Of a DNA stretch of 35,675 nucleotides, positions 21,014 through 29,139 are shown piece by piece (position 1 is the stretch's first letter; each line of letters begins with the position of its first letter). Under the pieces are notes generated by a model. The model was given only the letters and a program-made list of their open reading frames with translations. It had not been told where the DNA came from and searched no databases. Position numbers and translations under genes: made by a program. Source of the DNA: an uncultured Eubacteriales bacterium (GTDB lineage Bacteria; Bacillota; Clostridia; Christensenellales; UBA1242); the NCBI GenBank assembly GCA_900556185.1, contig USNN01000001.1:1-35675 (forward strand), given 5' to 3'.

Positions 21014-22037
21014 TAAAAATCCCCTTAAGTGCGTTTTTAACATAAGATGTTGTAAGTAACTTTTCTTTAATACCTTCAACATCTAATCGTTTTGTATTAT
21101 CTGAATTAAATTCACCAAGATGTGTTTTCACATCCGAACCATTCACTTCATAAAGTTCATAGTTTAAATCTCTAGCATCCATAGGAACTCTATAATAGTC
21201 GCCCATATCAATAGCCTTAAATGCTTCTTCCTTTGTAAGCAAGGTTTCATACATTTTCTCGCCATGACGAATACCAATTGTTCTATACTTGCCATTGCCA
21301 CCAAACATCTCAGAAACAGCCTGAGCCAAATCTCCAATTGTAGAAGCATCTGCTTTTTGAACGAATAGGTCGCCAGGTTTGCCATTTTGGAAAGCATATA
21401 ACACAAGTTCAACCGCTTCATCTAGGTTCATTAAAAATCTGGTCATTTTAGGTTCTGTTATTGTCAACTCTTTGCCTTGCCTAATTTGGTCAATAAACAA
21501 AGGAATTACCGAACCCCTAGAACACATAACATTTCCATATCTTGTGCAACAAATAACAGTGTCATGTTGGTTTCTTGCATTTGCAACAATAACCTTTTCC
21601 ATCATAGCCTTGCTAATACCCATTGCGTTAATTGGATAAGCCGCCTTATCTGTAGACAAGCAAACCACTCTTTTTACACCACATTGAATAGCGGTTTGCA
21701 AAACATTGTTAGTCCCAAGAATATTTGTCTTAACTGCTTCAATTGGAAAAAATTCGCAACTTGGCACTTGCTTAAGTGCAGCAGCGTGAAAGACATAATC
21801 TACTCCCTTCATTGCAGGAACTATAGACGCTTGATCTCTTACATCGCCAATAAAAAACTTTAATTTTTCATTGCCGTATTTTTTTCTCATATCGTCTTGC
21901 TTTTTCTCATCACGTGAAAAAATTCTAATTTCCTTGATATTAGTTTTTAAAAATCTTTGAACTACGGTATTACCAAACGAACCAGTTCCCCCTGTTACAA
22001 GCAAAACCTTACCTTCAAATAAATCTTTTGTTTCCAT
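21003..22037 (-). CDS. UDP-GlcNAc 4,6-dehydratase/5-epimerase (FnlA/CapE/WbvB family)
   Basis: LLVTGGTGSFGN, the polysaccharide-biosynthesis Polysacc_synt_2 pattern (STDKAAYPINAMGISKAMMEK), and RYGNVMCSRGSVIPLF. Confidence 0.88.
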   Translation of the reverse strand: METKDLFEGKVLLVTGGTGSFGNTVVQRFLKTNIKEIRIFSRDEKKQDDMRKKYGNEKLKFFIGDVRDQASIVPAMKGVDYVFHAAALKQVPSCEFFPIEAVKTNILGTNNVLQTAIQCGVKRVVCLSTDKAAYPINAMGISKAMMEKVIVANARNQHDTVICCTRYGNVMCSRGSVIPLFIDQIRQGKELTITEPKMTRFLMNLDEAVELVLYAFQNGKPGDLFVQKADASTIGDLAQAVSEMFGGNGKYRTIGIRHGEKMYETLLTKEEAFKAIDMGDYYRVPMDARDLNYELYEVNGSDVKTHLGEFNSDNTKRLDVEGIKEKLLTTSYVKNALKGIFNEY

Positions 22038-22265
22038 TTCTCTCCTTGATACCCTTTTGTATAAAAATTATTTAACCAACAAAACCCCAAATTGTGCTTT
22101 AAGATTTATTATAGTCATTAATATTATTATAATATATCCGTGTCCAAAAAACAAGGATATTTTATTACAAAAATCTTACTCTACCAAATCTTAGACACGC
22201 CAAGAAATATTGGTTTCAACCCACAAGCAAACTCACCCAACACTAAACCATCTCACCTTTTTGTT

Positions 22266-22306
22266 AATAAAAAACCCACCCACAGGAAATCTCCCATAGG
22301 TGGTTG
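22266..22306 (-). terminator. rho-independent terminator after the 22310 gene
   Basis: On the minus strand, a CCACC...GGTGG hairpin is followed by a T6 run immediately after the stop codon. Confidence 0.6.
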
Positions 22307-22309
22307 TTT

Positions 22310-22873
22310 TTATTCTCGCTCTTCAGTGGTTGTATCTGAATTTTCTAGTTGTTTCATTTTATCTTTTATACATTCCCAGCACGCATTATACAACGCTTTC
22401 TCGGTGTACTCGCCCGTTTCCACATTCATAAAACAAGGGGTACTACTCATATTTCCAATTGCGGGCAATAATTGCACATTTGCCGAATCAGAGACACCCG
22501 TGGCGGGGTTTATTTTCTCGTTGCCAAACAACATATACTTAAGGTCAACAAGTAAAATGCTTCTGTCATCACAAACAGCATACGCCTTATAAAACTGACG
22601 CACCGCACCATAGTTTGGAACCGCCTCATTTTTAAGGTCAGACGATAATTTCCAATAGTCTTGGTTAGCGGAATTAAGGTTTTCTACACACGCATTAACA
22701 AATTTGTTCGCATTAACCGTAAAACATTCCTTATACGAATAAAGGTCGGCACACACTTCGTTAAATTCTTCCACAAACGCACGATGCCCCACTTCTTCCT
22801 TTCTTATTCTTTTCAACTCGGACTTCAAATCAAAAAAGTTCCGAACTTTGTCTTGCAATTCAAAAAACTCCAT
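22310..22873 (-). CDS. hypothetical protein, no recognisable domain (Cys-containing, soluble)
   Basis: 187-aa ORF with a ribosome-binding site (AGAGGGAAAAGTT-ATG), a perfect consensus promoter ~90 nt upstream, and its own terminator. Confidence 0.65.
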   Translation of the reverse strand: MEFFELQDKVRNFFDLKSELKRIRKEEVGHRAFVEEFNEVCADLYSYKECFTVNANKFVNACVENLNSANQDYWKLSSDLKNEAVPNYGAVRQFYKAYAVCDDRSILLVDLKYMLFGNEKINPATGVSDSANVQLLPAIGNMSSTPCFMNVETGEYTEKALYNACWECIKDKMKQLENSDTTTEERE

Positions 22874-22969
22874 AACTTTTCCCTCTTACCCGGTTAACTA
22901 TTCTCTCACTAATTTACGCCAAACAAACTATCCTAGCCTCTAGTGGCATAAATTTATATTTCTACAAAA

Positions 22970-22998
22970 ATTATACTAAACCATCCTCCTTTTGTCAA
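22970..22998 (-). promoter_or_regulatory. perfect consensus sigma-70 promoter
   Basis: On the minus strand: TTGACA (22998-22993), a 17-nt spacer, then TATAAT (22975-22970). This implies a leader of about 90 nt before the ATG at 22873. Confidence 0.75.
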
Positions 22999-23138
22999 CC
23001 CCAACATACCTGAATTACTACACCCGCACCCAAATAAAAAAACGACTTAGCTCCAATCCCAACAAGTAAAAATAATCACTTATAACACCCCACCACAAAA
23101 TAGAGTAACACTAACCACACCTTTAATATTTAGATTAT

Positions 23139-23175
23139 CACAAAAGACCGCCCATACACAAATAGGCGGTCTTTA
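23139..23175 (-). terminator. rho-independent terminator after the WYL/FtsK-gamma operon
   Basis: AAGACCGCC (23144-23152) pairs with GGCGGTCTT (23165-23173). On the minus strand a T-run follows. Confidence 0.8.
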
Positions 23176-23177
23176 TA

Positions 23178-23540
23178 TTACTCATTTTCAAATATCTTTT
23201 TGTATTCTTCGATTGTTATATACACATCTCTGCCTTCAGGCTTAAATTCAGATATAAACCCGCAAGACTCCATTTGGTCTAAAATTTCCGCTGCTCTAGC
23301 ATAACCAATCATAAACTTTTTTTGAATCATCGCCGTCCCAATTGTTTTAGACTTTATTGCAAGACTAACCACTTCTGGCATTAATGGGTCAAGGTCAGCC
23401 ACACCAAACCATTTTAGGTCTATATCTGAAAACTTTGTCGCACTTCCCGTTTTACTGGTTAATTCGTCAAGCGTTTCTTCAAACACTTTCGTTAAACGCT
23501 CTCTCCATACCGAATTTACTTGTTCATCTTTTTCACTCAT
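23178..23540 (-). CDS. small standalone FtsK-gamma (winged-helix, KOPS-reader type) domain protein
   Basis: The C-terminal 65 aa (DPLMPEVVSLAIKSKTIGTAMIQKKFMIGYARAAEILDQMESCGFIS) follow the FtsK gamma consensus (DpL...a...v....kaS.s.lQr...IGY.RAa.l.d.mE..G.v). The start lies 2 nt after the WYL gene stop. Confidence 0.8.
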   Translation of the reverse strand: MSEKDEQVNSVWRERLTKVFEETLDELTSKTGSATKFSDIDLKWFGVADLDPLMPEVVSLAIKSKTIGTAMIQKKFMIGYARAAEILDQMESCGFISEFKPEGRDVYITIEEYKKIFENE

Positions 23541-23542
23541 AA

Positions 23543-24535
23543 CTACACCCCATATTTATTACAAATTAAACTTAATTGCTCTCTAATTTTTTCTCTTGTG
23601 CTTTCAGGACTTAAAACCTCAACACTAGTGCCATATTGCAACGCCCAATAAACCAACGCCTGCTCATTCACCTTAAGCATAACTTCAATTCCCTCGCCCG
23701 CTTCTTTTATCCTAACCTTATCCCCAAACCAATCAATAACATCATTAATCGCTTTTTTGTTGTTTAATTTAATCACTGCATCCACCGATTCGCCCGCCAT
23801 CATATAAATGTGTTCGTTAATGTAAGCGTCTTGCTTAAAGTTCTCCATATTCGGTAAAGACTTAATTGGCTTAACATCATCAGTTAAAATTTCAATGTTA
23901 CTAATATTTTCGACCTTGTAGTTTGCAAGATTGTCGTATTTATCATAATTACAAACCAGATAATACTTGCCGTTGTTGTTCACCAAAAAGTATGGGTTCA
24001 TAATAAACACCTTTCCGTCAGCCCTTGGCGTAAACATTTTCATTGCATTATACTCATTATATTGAAACGCAACTTTTTTGCCTTGCTCTATTGCTCGGTC
24101 TAAAACCTCAATATTTTTAAACATTTCAGCACTTCGCTTTCTAGAGACCTCATCCACCTTGTATATGTGCTTATATTTTTTCACATCATACTTATTTCTA
24201 CCCCTAATTAGCTTTTGAATAAGAATTTTCGCTTCTCTAGACGAAATACTTTTAGACGAATAAATTGCATCAACTAAATACATCACTTCGGCATCATCAA
24301 AATCTCGCTCTGCTAAATAACAACCCTTTTTGTGTACCTTTTCAATTATATCCCCCGCATCAATCAAAGTGTCCACATTCCGAGCCACACTTTTCACGTC
24401 TGGGCTAATTCCATACAACATTTCAAGTTTAGCCACAATATCCGCATATGTTAACACATGGTTACAATCTGAATAATATTTTAAAATATCCAGCACATAC
24501 AATAAAATTATTTTCTTATCGCTTTCTGACGCCAC
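23543..24535 (-). CDS. WYL-domain transcriptional regulator (HTH-WYL-WCX architecture; BrxR/CapW/PafBC-like)
   Basis: N-terminal wHTH region. The central WYL-type beta domain reads KVAFQYNEY...NPYFLVNNNGKYYLVCNY...LANYKVENISNIEIL. A C-terminal extension follows. The start is GTG, preceded by an AAAGGAG ribosome-binding site. Confidence 0.8.
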   Translation of the reverse strand: MASESDKKIILLYVLDILKYYSDCNHVLTYADIVAKLEMLYGISPDVKSVARNVDTLIDAGDIIEKVHKKGCYLAERDFDDAEVMYLVDAIYSSKSISSREAKILIQKLIRGRNKYDVKKYKHIYKVDEVSRKRSAEMFKNIEVLDRAIEQGKKVAFQYNEYNAMKMFTPRADGKVFIMNPYFLVNNNGKYYLVCNYDKYDNLANYKVENISNIEILTDDVKPIKSLPNMENFKQDAYINEHIYMMAGESVDAVIKLNNKKAINDVIDWFGDKVRIKEAGEGIEVMLKVNEQALVYWALQYGTSVEVLSPESTREKIREQLSLICNKYGV

Positions 24536-24625
24536 TTCGCTCTCCTTTAAAGAAAATTAAAAAATTTTATAAAACATTCAAAGTTATTTATTTCAAAACA
24601 TAGCCACACACAAATTTCTCATTTG

Positions 24626-24655
24626 ATTATACCACACCCACAACACTTGTTTCAA
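24626..24655 (-). promoter_or_regulatory. extended -10 sigma-70 promoter for the WYL operon
   Basis: On the minus strand: TTGAAA (24655-24650), an 18-nt spacer, then TGgTATAAT (-10 at 24631-24626). Confidence 0.65.
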
Positions 24656-24793
24656 ATTAAATTACTTCACCGCAATATGTTATTATTGAAAGTCGCAAAC
24701 ATCAACTCATTGGATAATCGCCAATAACAAACAATTACCCAAACTTTAATGTTAACATAAAACAAACCCGCATTTTGTACCACACAACCAATA

Positions 24794-25126
24794 CTACATC
24801 TCAAAACTTTCAGACTCTTTTAATTGAGATGCTACAACTTTAAGCAGATACTTAACCCTTTTCCTTTTTAGTTTTCTGCATAAACTTTCTAGCGTCCGCC
24901 TTAGAGTGTTTACATTCACCTTATCTGCCACCATTTCTTCGTCATAATTAACCCCACAATTATTGTAGTGGTCAGAGATTCTTAAAGTTACAATTGCCCC
25001 ATCAAAATGAATATACACATACACCGAAGACGACAACCCGCTTTTCACCACATCAAACGTATACCCATTATATTGCTTAACCACCTGACTAGTAATTGCT
25101 TTAATTTTGTTATAGTCTATGCCCAT
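24794..25126 (-). CDS. hypothetical small protein
   Basis: I placed the start at MGIDYNK (25126) because AAGGAGA lies upstream. The product is 110 aa with a basic C-terminal helix (CRKLKRKRVKYLLK). No recognisable domain. Confidence 0.55.
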   Translation of the reverse strand: MGIDYNKIKAITSQVVKQYNGYTFDVVKSGLSSSVYVYIHFDGAIVTLRISDHYNNCGVNYDEEMVADKVNVNTLRRTLESLCRKLKRKRVKYLLKVVASQLKESESFEM

Positions 25127-25318
25127 AATCTTTCTCCTTACACGCATATAATAACAAAACCGAAATCCCAAAAATCGGATTTAAAATATTATTTTTAAAA
25201 AATAATTAAAAAAGTGCCAATATAATCACAACCCGCTAGGGCATCATACATTGACACTTTTAATGATAATTTTATGCTAATTGCGACATTTTGAGAGTAT
25301 TTCACAATTGAACGCTTA

Positions 25319-25819
25319 TTATAATTCTATTTCGGTAAACATCAATCCTGATAATTCTCCATCTTTTATTTGGGTATATGCATTGTTAAAAAATTTATAC
25401 GTTATATTTTCAGAATTAATGTCGCCAATTTGTAAAATTTTTTGTTCTTGGTCGTAAATTATATTACTGGTGTTAAATTCTATATAACTTCCAGTACCTG
25501 GGTATAATTTGTCTTCAGTACTAAGAGTTAAGATGGCGTCTTTTATAACACTTGGTAGTTTTAGTTTCATAATTTTTATTTTGTTACTAGTTAACTCTCC
25601 ATCAAAAGACGAAACCCTTTTTGTTTCATCATCAATATTTAGATTGAAAAATCTATCTTCTAAATACAACGAAAAACTTCCGCCACCATGCAAAGATAAC
25701 AACAATATTTCGCCATCCACATCCTTTTTGTATATCCGAACCGCTTGGTATGCTTCTAAAGTCCGCATATCTACATTTTCTTCGACTTTAAATTTGTAAT
25801 TTTTATACCTACTTTGCAT
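25319..25819 (-). CDS. hypothetical protein (possible orphan immunity-type protein)
   Basis: 166-aa ORF with a GGAG ribosome-binding site. It is acidic and soluble, with no recognisable domain. Confidence 0.55.
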   Translation of the reverse strand: MQSRYKNYKFKVEENVDMRTLEAYQAVRIYKKDVDGEILLLSLHGGGSFSLYLEDRFFNLNIDDETKRVSSFDGELTSNKIKIMKLKLPSVIKDAILTLSTEDKLYPGTGSYIEFNTSNIIYDQEQKILQIGDINSENITYKFFNNAYTQIKDGELSGLMFTEIEL

Positions 25820-25863
25820 ACCACGTTCTCCATAATCAAAAACAATTATAACGAGTACCAGCC

Positions 25864-26496
25864 CTACTCCATAACATCTTCTTCGGCTTGGGTATCTTGG
25901 TCGCTTAAGGTTAAATGGCTTACCTTAAAGTTTGCCACCTTATAGTCTAAATCTTCTTCGTTGTATTCCATAATTGAATAATCATCATAACCATACCCAC
26001 CAAGCCCAAACTTCCCAGCTATCGACTTATCGCCGACAACCGTCCAATTCTCGTGTTCGTAATCAAAGCCAGTATCAAACATTCTATATATTTGCTTTAG
26101 TGTTAAGTTAGATGGCAACACCAAATCAATATCGGCATCGTTATCAAATGAACCGTAATCTAACATTATTGAATTTTCAAATGGAACAATAATTTTTGCC
26201 TCTTTCAAACCTCTAAAACAACCATCGCAAATTTTTACACTTCCAGTAATATAATTTCGCAATTCTCTTTTTGTAATAAACCCAACAGTCCCACAAGAGT
26301 TTTTTTCATTTATGCTTGGCATATCTAACTTAACATCTTCAACCAATTTTGGTAAAACTATCGTGTCAAAATTTTTGTCTGATAAAAGAATAAATCTTTT
26401 TATTTTATTATCTTGAACCTCAAAACCATACTCAGGTTGATTAGTATCCTTGCTAAACTTAATATACATATTTCCACATCTTCTTGGCAAATTCAT
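25864..26496 (-). CDS. hypothetical protein with weak resemblance to BspA-type leucine-rich repeats
   Basis: I placed the start at MNLPRR (26496) because TAGGAG lies upstream. Segments such as IVLPKLVEDV, VKICDGCFRGLKEAKIIVPFENSIMLDYGSF and LVLPSNL recall LRR_5 repeats. The C-terminus is acidic. Confidence 0.5.
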   Translation of the reverse strand: MNLPRRCGNMYIKFSKDTNQPEYGFEVQDNKIKRFILLSDKNFDTIVLPKLVEDVKLDMPSINEKNSCGTVGFITKRELRNYITGSVKICDGCFRGLKEAKIIVPFENSIMLDYGSFDNDADIDLVLPSNLTLKQIYRMFDTGFDYEHENWTVVGDKSIAGKFGLGGYGYDDYSIMEYNEEDLDYKVANFKVSHLTLSDQDTQAEEDVME

Positions 26497-26654
26497 TTTC
26501 TTACTCCTACACGCTTTAATTTCTTGTTTAATTACATAAAGCATACCATAGAAATAGAACTATTTCAATTCCTATTTTTAATATACCCATAAAACCTTTT
26601 TGCTTATATGTTTTTAACAAACTCCCGCCCAGCCGAAACATCTCCTTGTTTTAT

Positions 26655-26690
26655 ATTACAAAAACCACCAATATTAAAATTGATGGTTTT
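26655..26690 (-). terminator. rho-independent terminator ending the protease/toxin/immunity transcription unit
   Basis: AACCACCAAT (26663-26672) pairs with ATTGATGGTT (26679-26688), with one G-U pair. On the minus strand a T-run follows. It lies about 25 nt past the stop at 26715. Confidence 0.7.
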
Positions 26691-26714
26691 CTTTTATTAT
26701 TCTATTTATAATAT

Positions 26715-27251
26715 TTATTTTGAATTACAAGTTTCTGAATTATTAAATTTTTTAGTCATCGCATCAAAAGGCTTGCTAAAATTATACATTTTAAATAGTT
26801 TTTCGGAATAGTTGCCGACACTATCATTTACAAACTGTTTAGGATTGTTAGAAATATATTCAACTATATTATCTGTGATTATATTTTTTCTTCCATTAGA
26901 AGTAAGAATACTAAAAGAATCTTTATTTTGTTCGGCATATAAAACAATCGTCTGTTTCTTATACTCAAAAACAATTTTTTTAGGCAAATTTATTTCAGTT
27001 AGCAAACTTTTATCTATATTGTAACCAGTATAATTTTCTATCTCACCAATACACATATTTAATGCGTCTTGCTCATTTTTCCCAACTCCTACAGCAGCTC
27101 CCCACGTTTCGTCATTATCTAAAAATAATAAATTTGACTTTACAGAATAACTCGTTTTCTTAAACATATTATCTTTACTAAATTCGATAATAATTTTGTG
27201 AGGTCCTGCATTTAATTGTAAATGCTTATATCTATAATCATATTCAATCAT
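26715..27251 (-). CDS. hypothetical protein, putative cognate immunity protein
   Basis: 178-aa soluble ORF with no signal peptide. It starts 9 nt after the stop of the toxin-like gene, and a terminator follows it. Confidence 0.6.
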   Translation of the reverse strand: MIEYDYRYKHLQLNAGPHKIIIEFSKDNMFKKTSYSVKSNLLFLDNDETWGAAVGVGKNEQDALNMCIGEIENYTGYNIDKSLLTEINLPKKIVFEYKKQTIVLYAEQNKDSFSILTSNGRKNIITDNIVEYISNNPKQFVNDSVGNYSEKLFKMYNFSKPFDAMTKKFNNSETCNSK

Positions 27252-27260
27252 ATTTTTCTC

Positions 27261-28346
27261 CTAGTATAGCCCAAATGAAACTATTATTATTTCTTTTGCG
27301 GTTTTTGCCATATCAATATAAAATTTTCCCACCTTATATCTGTATACATTTGCTGTGGCACCTTCAACCAATTTTTTAGCAACTATGTTTTTGTCGACAA
27401 CTTCTTTTGCTGTTTGAGCAGCCATTCTAGAATATTCTTTAACGTTGGATGCGCCCACTTGTGCCCCGTGTTTATTGAAATGATAATTTAAACACTCTTT
27501 AGATGAATTAAATGACCCTTTACCAAATCCAACAGTCATTTTAGAACCTGCACCCATAATGGTCCCCACGGACCATCCTGTTAGACCACCCAACACAGCA
27601 CCGCCAATTAAACCTCCTACAACTGCCCAAATTTGCACTTCACCTGTTTCTTGATAAGAAATAACTCCTCCAGCAACACCGCCAGTAAGTCCACCAGCCA
27701 CAGCACCAGCTGCAATGCAGGCACCTAAACCTGCACCACATGTTGCTACAACCGCAGCAGCTACCGCTGATACCACAACGACCGCAACCACCGCTACCAC
27801 AACTTTTTTCCACAATTTCTTGAACCATCCGCAATTAGCAATCATTCCAGCATCTTGCATTTCACTTAATAAGACACATTCACCATCTACATCTAAGTAA
27901 GCATCGATTTCCCCATTTTCATTATAAAATGCAATCCCTTGAATTTCATCAATTTCTATTTTGCCGTCAGAATTAACGGTTACAGCAGATAGAGTTACAA
28001 GTCCAGTTTCAGCATCAAAACTAAAATTATATTTGACTTGCACATTCAAATTATCTTGGGAGCTCGCATCCGCAACTAAATCAAGCTCACCAAAATCGCC
28101 CAAATTAAGTGTTTGGAATCCTTCAAAGGTTGTTAAACTTCCCTCTGTAACTAATTTAGCATCTTCAAATTCTTCAAAAATACTTTCATAGTCAATTGAA
28201 TTTTGCGTAACTTCAATAGTCCTAGTTACTTCTTGATTGCTATTTGTAGTTGGCGTATCAATATAAGATGATGAGCAACATACAAACCCACACAAAAACG
28301 CTAGTACAAATGAAATAAACGCAACATGAAATTTTTTAATTTTCAT
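27261..28346 (-). CDS. exported/membrane protein: signal peptide, N-terminal beta-rich domain, Gly/Ala/Val glycine-zipper (pre-toxin-TG-like) region, C-terminal toxin-like module
   Basis: Strong ribosome-binding site (AGAGGAGGG). The N-terminal hydrophobic leader ends in CGFVCCSSS. Residues 181-267 are almost purely G/A/V with repeated GGLTG motifs. Residues 280-361 form a distinct soluble module carrying YHFNKHG. Confidence 0.75.
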   Translation of the reverse strand: MKIKKFHVAFISFVLAFLCGFVCCSSSYIDTPTTNSNQEVTRTIEVTQNSIDYESIFEEFEDAKLVTEGSLTTFEGFQTLNLGDFGELDLVADASSQDNLNVQVKYNFSFDAETGLVTLSAVTVNSDGKIEIDEIQGIAFYNENGEIDAYLDVDGECVLLSEMQDAGMIANCGWFKKLWKKVVVAVVAVVVVSAVAAAVVATCGAGLGACIAAGAVAGGLTGGVAGGVISYQETGEVQIWAVVGGLIGGAVLGGLTGWSVGTIMGAGSKMTVGFGKGSFNSSKECLNYHFNKHGAQVGASNVKEYSRMAAQTAKEVVDKNIVAKKLVEGATANVYRYKVGKFYIDMAKTAKEIIIVSFGLY

Positions 28347-28409
28347 AATTTCCCTCCTCTTTGAAAATTAATATATTTACAATCTTACATGTAGCAAAAT
28401 TGAAAATAT

Positions 28410-29129
28410 CTAGTTTGTTCCCACATACTCCATCACAACACTTATTGGGATACAGTAAGAAATACCATAAACAATATTGTTAGATTTGTCTTTTAGCCTA
28501 AATGTTGTAAGACCTATAAGTTCACCATTAGAATTTATTAAAGCACCACCACTATTACCATCTGAAATTGTTAAATCGCACTGAATAACATTTCTCACAA
28601 TATTATTGTATGAAACATTAATATGCGGTATAGATACAACTCCTTGAGTTAAACTCAATCCATAATTGCTCATATTCCCAACAGCATAAACTTTATCGCC
28701 AACTTTAAGTTTGCTGTCATCTCCGATTTTTATTGGTTTCAACACCCTGCCTGTATTATTTAATTTCAATACTGCGATATCCTGTTCGATATCATATTTT
28801 ACGACATCAACTTGCCTATAATCTTCTTCATCCACAAATCTGATAAAAATTGTTTCAAACAAATAAGTTTCAGACAGTTTGGTATATGTAATTACATGTG
28901 CATTAGTAACAATCATTCCATCTTCAGCAATAATTTCACCAGTCCCATAACTTGTTCCTATAGATTCTGTTTCCGCTTTAATTTCAATTATTGAATTTTG
29001 ACACATATTAAAAATGCTACTAGCCGTGAAGGGTCTAGTAGCTAAAAAATAGATGTTAAGCCCAAGACTTACCATACTAATAACTATTGGAACTATAATC
29101 AAAATTGCAAAAATATGTTTTCTTTTCAT
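28410..29129 (-). CDS. trypsin-like (S1/S1C) serine protease with N-terminal membrane anchor, no PDZ domain
   Basis: The catalytic triad context is present: TNAHVI (His), DIAVLKL (Asp) and GNSGGALIN (Ser). The N-terminal TM helix is IFAILIIVPIVISMVSLGLNIYFL. Confidence 0.85.
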   Translation of the reverse strand: MKRKHIFAILIIVPIVISMVSLGLNIYFLATRPFTASSIFNMCQNSIIEIKAETESIGTSYGTGEIIAEDGMIVTNAHVITYTKLSETYLFETIFIRFVDEEDYRQVDVVKYDIEQDIAVLKLNNTGRVLKPIKIGDDSKLKVGDKVYAVGNMSNYGLSLTQGVVSIPHINVSYNNIVRNVIQCDLTISDGNSGGALINSNGELIGLTTFRLKDKSNNIVYGISYCIPISVVMEYVGTN

Positions 29130-29139
29130 AATAGTTATG

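Noticed and set aside
22040-22310. Search for a direct repeat of the tRNA-Ser 3' end (an attR-like site) at the distal island border
   Set aside because: By eye, only a 6-nt TGGCGG match turned up, at about 22497 inside a CDS. There is no convincing repeat, so no att site is claimed.
22140-22592. 150-aa plus-strand ORF spanning the intergenic region and the 3' end of the 22310 gene
   Set aside because: It starts with GTG without a ribosome-binding site. It runs through a terminator hairpin and lies antisense to a better-supported gene.
22874-23140. Intergenic regions are strikingly G-poor and C/A-rich on the plus strand (also 13156-13260, 22141-22300, 24540-24790)
   Set aside because: The same C>G skew holds regardless of the orientation of flanking genes, and it fits the strong minus-strand gene bias. 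It most simply reflects replication-strand (GC-skew) asymmetry, with the plus strand as the lagging strand. It is not a specific element.
24536-24625. AT-only palindromes (TTTTATAAAA in the WYL leader; ATAAATTTAT near 22945) as possible WYL operators
   Set aside because: Short AT palindromes are expected by chance in sequence this AT-rich. The two are not related to each other, so no operator is claimed.
27640-27900. Cys/Gly/Trp-rich 64-aa and Thr/Ala-rich 61-aa ORFs
   Set aside because: They are alternative-frame and antisense readings of the GC-richer Gly/Ala/Val-coding stretch of the toxin-like gene. This is a compositional artefact.
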